DNA of 63,857 nucleotides from Octopus bimaculoides (Eukaryota): the NCBI RefSeq assembly GCF_001194135.2, contig NC_068984.1:116397391-116461247 (forward strand), written 5' to 3'. Shown piece after piece: positions 38,859 through 51,654 of this stretch (position 1 is its first letter; each line of letters opens with the position of its first letter). The position numbers and the translations under genes are program-made. The notes beneath the pieces were generated by a model. It did no database searches. It saw nothing but the letters and a program-made list of their open reading frames with translations, and was not told the origin of the DNA.

Positions 38859-41800
38859 CATAAGCTGTATAGGAGAAATAATAAATGAATTAGGTAAATA
38901 TCGGGAAGAGAATGATGATGATAGTAAATATAAAAGAATGGCGAAATATTATTCCATATTTAATCAATTCAAGACACTCTTATTAATAAATTATAAATGA
39001 GAGCTTAAAGGCATGAAAATTCTGTACAAACTACAGTATTGATCTTCTAAGGCTTTCATCGATTTCGTTTTGTTACCGGTTATATCATTGTAGTTAATTT
39101 GAAGAGTCTGAGAAGATTTCTCCCTCCACCAATCGATGAATGGCTGTATATCCTAAGTTTCGAATTAACTGTTGATATAAAACGTATTCATACATATTCA
39201 TATGGTTTTATATGGGATATGGTAATATGAAGCTTTTCCTCACGGACGTTTGGATGAATATGATCCAGACAGGAAAATTGAATTTGAAAGTAAATTTGTT
39301 ATAAAGAAAATCGTGCAGTTAATGAGATTTTTCTTTGTCTGGAGTAGAATATGATGCTCAGAATAATTAGCACATTCGTCAGAAAGGTGCAAATTGTTCA
39401 TTCTATTTAATCGAATGAAGAATTGCCCTACAGTTTAGTTTGTCTGCAGTTGCAGTAACGGGCGATTTACATACAATGGTGTGTAATTTATTCACCGAAA
39501 CAATTATGCGTATGCTTGTGTATCTGTAGACATAGAAGCATAATTATATGCTTAAGACATTTGATTCTCTACCATGTGTTCATGTTCTTTCGCGGAATTC
39601 TGCCCCACAGCACGTCATGATGGGCAAGACCCTTCTTTCATTGAGTATCGGGATATCTAATACATAATGTGTGACATGTAGTATAATCCTGTCGTAGCAG
39701 AGACACGCGTACTATCTCTAATTGTTTTCCATGTATCAGTTATTGAACTGAGGCAATGCAGGGGCAAAGAATGCGTGTCTTTCATCGATCTGTGAAGCCT
39801 AGTACTTAACTGAGTCTGGTAGTCATTTATTTTCCTTTTGAAGAATCGAGAAATTTAGAGGTGGGTAAGTACTAAAAAAAATGAGTAAATATAAGTTGTC
39901 ATGGAAATAAACACACACACATACACACACATGCGCGTGCACACAGACGCATACACACGCACACACGCATATATACACATACACATGCACGACAGCATTT
40001 AGGATATCTGTCTGTGTAACATCAGCACCGTCTCAGATAAGAGAGCAATACTTCACAGATAAGCATTTTGCTCTTAAGCATTCGTTGCGAACAGTAAATT
40101 AATTAATGAAATGTAGAATGATCAGTTACGAGTTTGCAACATAAAAGGTCATACCACAATGGCCTTAAACGCATCCTCATTACGATTTTGAGTTATTTCG
40201 GGGAGGCATGTAGAATGTAAATAAAGCTTTGAGGTGGAATGTAAAAATTTGGAATGTAAATATGTAGATAAATGGGCTCCAGAGGGAGTACTGTACAAGC
40301 GTCTGTCTCAAAGCATACTATCAGTGAAACTTCGCTGATAGTTGTTACAAAACTACTGAATGGAAAATCAGTTGGGATAAACTCGATAGTTGGCTATTGG
40401 CAGAGAAATTTTGTGTTCTGCAGAGAGGTCTTTGTTAATTTGCTGGTAATGGGAAAATTAGCAAACAGTTTCCCATACAACTCTCGTAACTGCAAAGCAA
40501 AGACATTCAAATGTTTTCCAGCAAAACTTCAACCCAGACTGCATTATCCTATGTGTGTTCATTGTTGTAGTTTGATCCCAGGCAGGTTTGACCTCCGAAA
40601 ACTGAAAAGAAAAGCGTTTTAGCCGTGAATAACTGGCTTTTATTACAGAATCATTTTCCAGCATGCCATTGCATTTTACAGGGGTGGCAATCTGTAATCC
40701 AATATCAAACAAGTCGACCACCTTTGTCGAGGCACCGTTATTGGCTCATAATTTTTATGCCCTTTCTTAAGATGGTAGTTGTGGTTTATTGGTAAATGCG
40801 GTTGGTCCCATATACGTATATAGGGTTGGTAATAATCTTGGTATATACGAGGTATATATGTGTGTTAGTGTGTGTGTGTGTGAGTGTGTACGTTAGTATG
40901 AGTATAAGCATCTATATGTGATTGAGTTTGTGTTTCTTCTTATTCTTACCTTTCTTTTGCTTCTCACGTTAACAGAACCCGAATTGAAATGAGTTCGGAC
41001 AGAATATATTAATTCAATCCTATTCATTTCAGTAAGATATATTGTCATTATATTTACAAGCAAATTTCTATTGTATTTCTATTGCAAGTTACAATATCGA
41101 CTGAAATACAATATTGAAAAAGCTTATACAATTGTTGACAATGCGCTATTAAATAAAGAGATATTACAAAATAATAAAGAAAATAAAAATAAACATACAC
41201 GCGCGCGCGCATTTACAACACACGCACTTATACATGGAGATATGTATGTATAACATATCTATATGTGAGAAACGAATTAAAATGTAAGTGATTAGTATCG
41301 CATTGGGTAATGAGGAATTTCTTTTAATAGAAGAGTGTTGTTAAATACAAAACCAAAGGTTTCTTGCGAATATACTCGCAATTGTTCAATTGGAGTTTGC
41401 ATTATATTGACAGCCCGGTCATCTTGTTGGATGTGAATGCAAATGAGATTGCAAACGAAATTTCATGGGGTAAGAGAAGTTACAGGGCAAAAGGCTGAAA
41501 AACACAAACGGAAAGCCATCGGTAAAGGTTGGGAAAACAGGTTGGTGCCTGTAATATTCGTTGCGTCAGTGCCGAAGCCCCTTACCGAGGATGGGATCAT
41601 TTATTGGCCAACAGGTTATTGTTTATAATGTGTGACTGAAAAATAGATACGTTGTATATTCGTCGAGAGATCACAATGGTATTTCCATACAACTTTTGAA
41701 TGTTTTGGGGGAAGATAAAGGGGTTTCATACAAGAAGTTGTATGCTGTATGCATATGAGTGCATGTATGTCTGTAAAAGACAGTGGCTGAAGTACATAAT

Positions 41801-42616
41801 CTTAAGTTTACGACCGCTTGTTTATTACTGTTGGTATAAAAATGTAAGATCTAATTAGCATATTTGTGCAAAATAGGCTATCCACTAATGTCCTAGCCTA
41901 ATCTATGACTGCTTTATATATCAGCCTGTCTAGGTTACTGATCAAGAATGAAGTTGCATAACTTTTCTCTAAGGAGTGGTCAATAAGACATGAAACCGTC
42001 TGTTAGTAGACACCCTCACTCATTTGTAGCATTTCATTAGCAAAGAAAAAAATAAGTTTACATTCTTATTTATCCCTCAGTGAGGCTTTGTAAATAATGT
42101 TAAAACTCTAAATAATACTTGTGCTGTACCTATTGGTGCTATTTTTCTATATATTATGTATTTAAATCCTGAGTTTTGGATACGTATTTCATATATCATT
42201 GTTTTATTTCACGTAAAACATCTAGTGGTTTCGTATCAGCCTTCGATGCACACATTCAGTGGATATCTATTTCTAGAGCAGTATATTTGAATAATTTCGC
42301 CATTGTTTTCAGAGATACATTGCCGAAATGAAACATAGATTAGGAAATATTGCTTTTCCACGTGGTCTTTGACAATACTATCTGTACGATACACTTAATA
42401 TCCCTGTCTGTGTGAAGTGACATACACCAGGGTCTGGTCGATAAATCAGTGTCAGAGACCTGTATCATAATTTTTCTGTCGGTATTTCATAAAGCTAGTA
42501 TCATTTCCAGTCTATGGATGATCCAAATCTCTTTTCAGTTTCTCTCCCTTCCCCACTCACATACAGAATGGCTCTCTCAATACCTAATTTTATCTCGCTA
42601 CACATACACGTACACA

Positions 42617-42669
<53 letters not shown>

Positions 42670-42675
42670 ACACTG

Positions 42676-42804
42676 TACAGCTCGGATCTGAGACCCTCCA
42701 ACTTCTATCTGTTTCGTCCAATGAAGTACGGTCTATAACAGTGCACACCTAAAATTTTTCAAAGAGGGTTCGAGATTAGGGTTTAGCAACAGTCCAAATG
42801 CATA
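42676..42804 (+). mobile_element. mariner transposase C-terminal remnant
   Basis: YSSDLRPSNFYLFRPMKYGL (mariner YSPDLAPSD..LF motif), then PKIFQRGFEI..SKCI (mariner FY..GI..L..RW.KCI). Confidence 0.75.
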
Positions 42805-42822
42805 ATGATGCATTTGGACCGT

Positions 42823-42910
42823 TTAGTAGAGTAACGCTTTCTCTGTAGTCATTGCAGTCTCAAAAAGGTTTGAGACTGCAATGACTATAGAGAAAGCGTT
42901 ACTCTACTAA
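42823..42910. repeat. Near-perfect 42-bp-arm palindrome/hairpin (4-nt loop)
   Basis: Arms 42823-42864 and 42869-42910 pair fully except one G-T at 42845/42888. A second hairpin (12-bp arms) lies at 42792-42819. Confidence 0.95.
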
Positions 42911-43214
42911 CGTGCACAATTTGAACGACATACGTCTGTTAATAAAAAGGTTATACCGACTGTTTAATTACATTCCGTATAATCTTCATTTATGTACATA
43001 AGTTTATTCAAATTTCTCCAGACATTAATTACATCACGTTACCTGTAGTTACTGTGCTTAACATTAAACATTAATTAATAACTGAAACAGATTTAAATAT
43101 TTATTTTAGTCTCTTTTAGTATAGATTTTCTTGTTTATCAGAATATTTCAATGTAGACTAGACAGTCATAAACAGTGTGATTGGTTGTTTCTTTATAGTT
43201 ATGTTAAATATTAG

Positions 43215-43410
43215 CTTCAAATTTTGACACAAAGCTAGCAATTTCGAGGGATGAGGTTTAGTCGATTACATTGACCCTATTTTTCGACTGGTTATTATTT
43301 TATCGACCACGAAAGCACCTTGGTGGAATATGAACTCAGAACGTAAAGGCGGACGAAATCCCGCTAAGCATTTCACTTGGAGTGCTGACAATTCTGCCAC
43401 CTCGCCACCT
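43215..43410 (-). mobile_element. SINE family C
   Basis: TTCAAATTTTGACACAAAG...GTCGATTACATTGACCC...GAACTCAGAACGTAAAGGCGGACGAAAT...ATTCTGCCACCTCGCCACC. Confidence 0.85.
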
Positions 43411-43499
43411 TAATTATGTTTAATATTCATTATAAGTTTAGGGTAGGTTCTAACAACAAAAATGTAATGTATCACAATTGAAACTACTTCAATCACATC

Positions 43500-45600
43500 A
43501 CTCAACATTGTATCCTAATAGTCAATTTTCCGTCCATTTGTAGCTTTATGTTTAATACTGCTCTAGGTCTCAATGATATAGAGCGTTTCTTGCCCTTCTT
43601 ACACTGAAATACGGTAACCCTAATTTATATAAGCCTTCGTTGATATTTCTCCTTTCTCTACGCAACTTTCCGTAACCTCAACCTCTGATTTATATTTTGG
43701 AGAATTCTTTTGCTTTGCTGACATTTTTAGCTGTTTATATAAATTTTCCTTTATTCATTACAAAATATTTTTGGAATACTACTCTCAAAATAAATATTTT
43801 TCTAGTGTATATCACTAAGTATTCTTTGTAAAAATAATACTTCTGTATTAGATGGTTTATTCTAAATGCAATCACTATTTTTCAAAGTTTCTTCTGTATA
43901 CATGCTAATTCAGTAATCTTAGTGTTAATTATATTATATAAATTATAACTGGAGTATTGATACATATAACCTTATTCTTAAGTTTAGGCATGGTTTAGAT
44001 ATTTAATTAAATGCGTCTATATCATTCCAACTTAACCTTTTCTTTCATTTTTGTCTGTACAGCTCTGTCTTGTTCATTAATCCCTAATTATTTGCTAGTA
44101 TGTTTTTGGTTTAATTGTCTTATTACTGCTTTTATATGTATGGTGACCTAAATCATTTTTATTAATGTTCCCCTCTCCAATGTTTTCTTGATGCATTTTC
44201 TAAAGCGAATTTCAAGTTAATTTTTCTGCTGTATCCGACTACTATTTGTAGAAGTGTTTCCAACTGTTTATCATCTACAGCATATTAATTTAGGGAATTC
44301 ATATCTTGAATAAAATAATGTAGAAAAGTGCTGCACTGACTATATATAGTATTTTTTATCAGATTCCAGTCTGGTTTAGCATATACTCTAAAGATTATAT
44401 CAATAAATGGAATGATGAATGTAAAGTTTTGTTTCTTATAAGGTTGGGACTGAGTTCTGATCTTTTGTTTGTTTTTGCAGAATTGATATTTGTTCCTAGC
44501 ATTTCTGATATACCTCCTTGTTACTGGTTCTACTTTATCATGACAAAGGTTTCCACCATCCGAGAAGGAAGATCCCTATCAAATAAGTTTTAATTAAATA
44601 TTCTAAAACTTGAATTTTCGATCGTTGCACTTTCTACTATTTTCCACTTCCTATTGGGAAATTTTTGTAACGTCTTCTGTTATTACTTGTTACAGTTGTT
44701 CTATTATATTGTTTTCAAATATTTTTATCAGGTGCGATACATTCGCCATCTAATATTCTACCTTCAAATTCTTCTTCCTCATTTGCTGCTGTTGGGGTTG
44801 CTTACATTTCTATTTTGTGTTTACCTACTTCTTGGTAAAAGCATCATGAAAACTGATATGAAAAGTGCTTTTTGCCACATACTATGGTGACTGATTTAAT
44901 GAACTCTTGTTTTTAGAGGTTCTTTGATTTTAGTTAGTTGGCTTTTTTTTTCCTGTAGTCTTTCTCACTCTTTCTGGTTTGGTGTCTTTGTGCGTTGTTG
45001 ATTTCATTAAAGATTGAGAACATTTTTTTTTATCATTATCTGTCTTTCACATTATGTTTGATTCTCACGTTGTTTAGTTGGGTATAAACGTTTTTATATG
45101 AAGAGTTTTGAGGAAGTTCTTAATTTCCTTCGTCACTACTGCAGTTGCTACATCGATTATATGATTCATGCTGGAGATATTGATGATCGATTATTGTTTA
45201 ACTATGCCCACGATGGCCACATTTGCTTTCTTTATAGTTGGTATTTCATCGTTCGTTGGTCCAGAATAAGATCTATCGATTTTAATTCTCTAACTATTGG
45301 CATTCTCAAAAATTCAATCTATAGAATTTTCTATTCTTAAATCTTTCTAAAACATCATTTCATTCTAAAATTTTACTTGTGTAACTCTGGTTCGGAACAT
45401 GTTACTCCGTTTTCTGTGGATAGGGACAAATCTCATTTATGAGAATCTTTATATCCTTTTATTGTATTTGTTTGCATGTGCTAGATCCATTTACGCGATC
45501 TCCATTCTCAATTTTTATAATATGTTTTCGTTTTGTTTGTATATTGTTATGCGTTTTTATTGTGAATTCATTCTTTTAAGTGTTCAAGTCCCATGATCTG
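43500..45600 (-). mobile_element. Probable heavily decayed LINE (zinc-knuckle ORF1 and possible APE region)
   Basis: The minus strand is A-rich. Near 45150-45225 it reads SKCGHRGHS..RCSNCSSDEG, resembling gag-like CCHC knuckles. There are many stops; the APE assignment is not demonstrated. Confidence 0.35.
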
Positions 45601-45864
45601 TATCTTTTGGTTTTGAAAATGTTTATTCCTAAACTAGTAAGTACTAAAGGTATTACCTCTTCAATTGCGGAACTGTAGTCGTGAAGACGTATTTAGACAA
45701 TCATATTTTGATCAGGTGTCAACAAATTTCAACGTATTTCAACGTATTTGTTTCTGTCGATTCGGAATTGCAACGGGCATCTTTTGTAATCATGCATTTT
45801 CCTATTAATCCTAGGTCAAATTATAAGATGTTTTTGTATATTTTAATGCTTCTACATGTAGTGG

Positions 45865-46235
45865 CTAATCTGCTATTACTGTCATCGTGGTTTCGATTTC
45901 CAGACCGGGCGTTGTGAGTGTTTATTGAGCGAAAACACCTAAAGCTCCACGAGGCTCTCGCAGGGGGTGGTGGCGAACCCTACTGTACACTTTCACCACA
46001 ACTGTCTCTCACTCTTCCTGTTTCTGTTGTAGCTGTATTTCAAAGCACCAGCCGTGTCACACTCTGTCACACTCTGTGTCACACTCTGTGTCACACTGAA
46101 TCTCTCCGAGAACTACGTTAAGGATACACGTGTCTGTGGAGTGCTCAACCACTTGCACGTTAATTTCACAAGCAGGCTGTTCCGTTGATCGGATCAACTG
46201 GTGCCATCGTCGTCGTAACCGACGGAGTGCCACGA
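45865..46235 (+). mobile_element. SINE family B
   Basis: Collinear with 35492-35850, with an internal GTCACACTCT(GT) tandem expansion. Confidence 0.9.
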
Positions 46236-47043
46236 CACTACGCAGAAAATCAGCCGAACGACGAGTACGACCTACAAATCTTCCAGATATACTGAATTTA
46301 CGATTGTGTGAACTTTATATGTGATTCGGCGTGTTAGTGTGGACATACAACACTCTCTCCATTGATCACCCACTTCCAATACACCCTATAAGTCCTGGTG
46401 GTTGTCACAGCGAAAACGGACAAGGTGAGCTGAGATAGATTGAGATAGTTGCTGTTCTTATGCACAGGACTTAGGGCTGATATGATTATTGGTTTTGTAG
46501 ATATGTCTGTGCATATGTGTTATTTACGCTTGTTCTGATCGAATAGGACAGGTAGCGTTTTGTAGAATATTGTTATAGTATTATTCTCGGGTGTTACATA
46601 TGTACCTGGCTACTTAAAGAAGGCTTTTCGTTTAGTGACTTATATTGTAGAATTTGAATTTTTGATCGAAAAACAAACTGTATCACTCACATGGCACGTT
46701 CAGGTGGTTATTCATATCTTTTTGTTTCGTTTCATTTTGTCGCTGGTCTGTTGAAGTGGCTTCCATCAATTCGTGAAGATATGCAGTGTACTGTCTTGTC
46801 TTCTTTGTACTTTATTGTGGTTTGTGATAGAGAGATTAGGGGAATCAAATTGGACCGGCACAGTTCATAATTAATCAAATGTAGTGTGAGTACACCATTG
46901 TTGCTTTACTTTTCTTTTTGTTAAATGTAATGCTTGGGATTTTTCTAACAATACTCCTGAGTTGCTTTACTTTCTTTTCCGTAAAACTACGCACGGTGGA
47001 AAGCATTTTGAGAATGTGTGTGTGTGTGTTTGTGTGTGTGTGT

Positions 47044-47085
<42 letters not shown>

Positions 47086-47692
47086 GTGTGTGTGTGTGTT
47101 TGTGTGTGTGTGTGCTTGTGGTAAGCTTATATTTTTGAATTAACAGAAATGTTAATTTGAAAATGGAAGAAGCCGCTAAGCAGTTAACCAATCGACAAGA
47201 AATTCTAGCGAATTCTTTCTCAACTGCTCTTGCCTTCCATAGTATTCTGCAATAAATTACTTCTACGAGGCATAAAACAATGAAATTCCTCACGTAAGTT
47301 AATCCCTTTACGTTGTTGTTATACGCGTTTTTATCTCTACCTACGTTCGTGGATATTTTCCGAAGCAGTGAAGGGAAATATGAAGAGTGACGTCTTTTAT
47401 TGTTTGGCCCAGTGTTCTGAGCCCTCGAAGATTTCTCATATTAGTTCATTTAATCTCTGGCTAGGATTGCAGGAGACCATGTTTATAAATATTTTCTTTT
47501 TGTATCAAATCATTATTGTGAGTACAACAGGTGTAACCAGGATGGTAAGTTCGAAATGCAGTGAGTTTTCTGGTGTTCGTAAATAAGCTTTTTAATTCCC
47601 TTAATCTTCAATATATTACATTGCAAGTTTTATTGCGTGATAACTCCTATAATTGTACTTTGCTTCTGTATCTTGTTTGCAAGAGTCATGTG

Positions 47693-48005
47693 AGTTCTTG
47701 TGTTAAAACAAATTTTGCTGTGTCTAGGGAGAGTCATTATGTCAATATTAATAACACACGCACTGGTCCAATTCCATTTCGTTATTGGTTGAATACCCAA
47801 CTAACTAATCGATTGTCTGTTTAACTTGGCTACGCAGTAAGTCGTTTGTTTTGTTTTTGTTTGTTTTTTTGTTTTTTTCTCTCGTCAAAGCTCTTTCGTT
47901 GCTAAACACAGAGGAATAATGGATTAGTTAGTTGGATATTTAACCAAGTGATTAATAATAAAAGAATGGAATTGAACCAATGCGTGTGTTATTAATATTG
48001 TCATA
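47693..48005. mobile_element. Foldback/MITE-like element with ~70-80-bp inverted arms
   Basis: CAATATTAATAACACACGCACTGGTCCAATTCCATT...CCAACTAACTAATC (47743-47810) is inverted at 47922-48000. Confidence 0.75.
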
Positions 48006-48837
48006 TAATTATATTTATACTTCTTATTGCTGATGTTGAGTTTCAGTTTTCAGTTAGTTTATCTCTGTTATGCTACTCATTCCAAATATTTTCATTGATA
48101 TAAGTTGTATATTTGCAGTTTGATAAAAGCGTATTTGTGTAGACCTGTCTCTTCGAATTCTCTGTTATCAGTCTCTAAATCTAACAGATTTAACATTTTA
48201 GTTTATTTGACTCTTGTTAGGTTACTATGACACAACACACGTTCGTCTAGTCTTGTATTCATTTCACATAATTGCTGAATCTTGTATAGATTTTCGTATT
48301 TCCTTCAACAAAAATAGAAACAAGAAAGTCTACGCATTCATCACCACAAATAAGCCATCGGCAACTATATCAATCACAACAATAGCATCAAAGAGGGGTA
48401 ATTTAATCAAATAACTGGCTCTTGGAAAGTAGTAATTGCTCGTTGGTAAGAATAAAAGTCCACGTCTAGGAACTGTTTGGAATGAGACGCCAAAGCAATT
48501 GTGTATAATTGCGGCAGACGTCTGTTACGTCATTATGAAGATGTCGAACACAAGGGCAATCGAGGTCGATGGCACCACACCGGAAGAAAAGGCAGTGAAG
48601 ACAAAACATTGGAGAACTTACAACACGCTACCAGCCAACTACGATGCTGGTCGATGAGGACTTACTTCAACAGGTATCGACTTGCAAGTCTTCCGACTTG
48701 TATATAATACGTGTTTGGTACAGTCATGGTGTCTAGACAGGAGTAGAGACGCGGTTACTAAGCGGACAAAAAACTTATCCAAAAGGGGCTGAAAGGAATC
48801 TTTCCTTGAAATGGAAGAAATATCTCCCTAAAATATT

Positions 48838-49050
48838 AGTTTCAAATTTTGGTACAGGGCCAGCAAATTTAAGGGAGGAGTAAGTCGATTACATCGACTC
48901 CAGTATTCAATTGGTATTTATTTTATCAGCCCCGAAGGGATGAAAAGTAAAAGTCGTCCTTGGCGGAATTTGAATACAGAACATGAAGACGGACGAAATA
49001 CTGCTGAGTATTTTGCCCAGCGTGCTAACGATTCTGCCAGCTCACCGTCT
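48838..49050 (-). mobile_element. SINE family C
   Basis: TTTCAAATTTTGGTACAGGGCCAGC...GCTAACGATTCTGCCAGCTCACC. Confidence 0.9.
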
Positions 49051-49502
49051 TCTAATCTCTCCCTGAAATATTGAACACACAAACACCAATGTAAACTCTA
49101 TAGGCACGGAAATATCATTTGTGGGGTCTATTTGAAACGCACAAAAAGGCGAAAATGTGCAAAGAATCTAGAATGCATAGAAAAAGGAAGATGGACAGAG
49201 AGACGAAACCGTACTGTTTGTACTCATTCAATGCCTGAACATTTCTGACGTGGATTTGTGTCGAACCATTATTGCTGAGTGTAGAGCTTAAGTGATTCTA
49301 ATCAAGCCCGATTTAATGACGTCACTACATTCTTCTTTTGATCGGGAAAGGCAGGCAAATTTGCTCAATATTCTGTCTATGGCAAGAGAAGTCTTATGGT
49401 GAACAAGATCGAAACGACGGAGGTCAACCACTACGGTCAAGTTCCCGTCAACTTTTTTCATCCCATTTGAAGAGGAAGGTGAGTTCGGAGAGGATGGCTT
49501 GA

Positions 49503-50035
49503 CTCGTGACACGACAATTCAGTGCCTGACAATTCAGCACCGACAACTCAGCGCATAAACAATTCAGCACAGGGCGTCTTATTGAACTTAGGTAAAGGTT
49601 ATTTTTGGTGACGACAAAAATAAAAAAAATAAAAATTCAATAATTTATTTGAAAACGTATAAAGATAAAAGATACAAAAAGAACTAAAAATTCTAAATTA
49701 TATTCTTTGAACCAGTAGTTGGCTTGTTACATTTTCAAAGGAGATTCAAACAGTGTAGTTATCGTTTCGTACGGGTGTGTGTATATATGGTTATGCTTTT
49801 TTTTTGCTGGTGTATGTTTCCTGTATATGTATGCTTTTTGTTTATGTATAAGTAATATATTCTATGACTGCTGTATTTGTAGGTTGTATGTGCATGTGTT
49901 TTAGATATACAACCAGCATCAATATAATATAATAAAAAATTAGATATATAGCATGCACCGAGTTGTCTATGCGTTGAATTGTTTATAGGCTGAATTATCT
50001 AGCGCTAAATTGTCGGTGGTGAATTGTCGGTACTC
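49503..50035. mobile_element. MITE/foldback with TIRs built of tandem ~14-15-bp GACAATTCAGCACC repeats (possibly Mutator-like)
   Basis: Four copies occur on + at 49510-49570 and about five inverted copies at 49960-50030. The superfamily is an inference. Confidence 0.6.
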
Positions 50036-50461
50036 CGGCTTGACCACCTGAATATTTGCTAGAAGGTAGATGAGAGTGAAGAATATGCTTCGAGTGAATT
50101 CGGCTTGTTCTTGTAGTATGCATATACGTCAGAATTAAACTTGAGAAAGATTATTTACTGTTGGCAGTAGGGACAATCCGGGTGACCTGACTGACCTAAG
50201 ACGGTTGTCTCTCAATTAGGATGTTCCATGTCATTTCTTTTTTTGCTGTTGTTTATATAACATTTCTTGAACGAGATTCTATGAACACTACATCGTATTT
50301 GGTACTTATAACGTCTCCTCATATAACATCTTAGTGCAAATATAAACGGTCATCATCATCATCATTGTTGTTTTTATTGTTGTTGTTGCTGTTGTTGTTG
50401 TTGTTATTATTATTATTATTATTATTATGATTATGATTATTATTATTACTATCATTACTAG

Positions 50462-50633
50462 GCGATTGAATTCCCTCCCGTCAAAGTCATGTATGGCACC
50501 ACTGTCTATTGGACAGAAAATGTTGAAGCTGAACAGTCCTCCTCGTTCATATCCAGTATGGGCGGAGCTTGCTCTGAAGCCTCTGGAACATGTGACTTTA
50601 TTAGTCGTGCCTTCACCATTATCACAGGAACAT
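50462..50633 (+). CDS. Candidate isolated coding exon, unidentified product
   Basis: TAG|G acceptor and AT|GTAAGT donor flank 172 nt of unique, higher-GC sequence, open in two + frames (e.g. AIEFPPVKVMYGTTVYWTENVEAEQSSSFISSMGGACSEASGTCDFISRAFTIITGT). No homolog recognised. Confidence 0.2.
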
Positions 50634-51654
50634 GTAAGTCAATTTTACATTTAATTCACTCTTTTAATAAAAAAAAAAAAAAGAAAGGTACTAAATTAAT
50701 TATACGACGGATAAATGTTTCTCTGACTGATTCAATATGGTGTCATAATACAGCAATAAACAGAGTGATTATTATAAAGATGACAAAACTTCAACACATT
50801 CTTTGGCTTTTTATATCCCTTAAAAGCATGCATTGAGGCCCGGTCTCGGAATAGAGAATAACTTTCTCGCATCCCCCTGTAAAGGGTTGTGGACGCAACC
50901 ATTCCATTTTACTAAAACATAAAAACTATACCCCGTAAAATATAACTCTCACTTTCTCATGATTCGTTACCGATTTTATTCCTTTATAAGTTATTAAAAG
51001 TCTCCTCTTGGCATTTTTTCAAGACGCTTTGTCTTTTGGTAGGCAAAATTTATTATAAAAACTTTTATCAATTTCTTCTCCTATATGTTTTTGATGTGTA
51101 ATTCCAATGCCTGGTTGAAATATTGAACAATCATCTTGATATTTTTTCTTCCAGTAAATTCAAATCTAACCCAATGCATGATGCAACGACACTTCTTAAC
51201 TAGATTTTGGCTACAGGCTCCACATTATTGTCTCTATTGACATCTTTCATTTTGTGTTAAACAAGAACGCTACTTTCAAATTTAATGAAGCAAGACGTGC
51301 TAGTATAATGCTCAGTGTGGATTGTTTGTTTGTTTTCTTTTCTTTTGAGTTGTTCGTATCTCAGCTTAAATTTATTTTGTGACATTTCAGGACTTCTAGA
51401 ATTTTTAGCAACATTCTTGGCATTAACTGCATCTCTCTTTCTCTTCTGAAGAAAAATGGTTACTACTCTTAATCAGTAATCGCTGTCTTGACGAGTAGGA
51501 ATAGTGTCACAAATTCTGGCCTAATCAGAAACTGAATAAAGCGTCTCTCAATTGACATATTAGACCCAACAGATAATAATGTATTTCTAAAGGAGACAGG
51601 AAAATAACCTGAATACAAATATCTGAAAATAGAGATACGCCGAATAGAGATACG

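Noticed and set aside
40318-40343. Small hairpin ACTATCAGTGAAACTTCGCTGATAGT and the 116-aa ORF around it
   Set aside because: The ~11-bp stem is plausible by chance, and the ORF has no recognisable motif.
47147-47293. 147-nt AG...GTAAGT-bounded candidate exon (MEEAAKQLTNRQEIL...)
   Set aside because: There are stop codons in all three frames; it could only be a non-coding or terminal exon, and nothing supports that.
48436-48707. ORFs with YNCGRR (zinc-knuckle-like)
   Set aside because: The CCHC spacing is incomplete and there is no other support.
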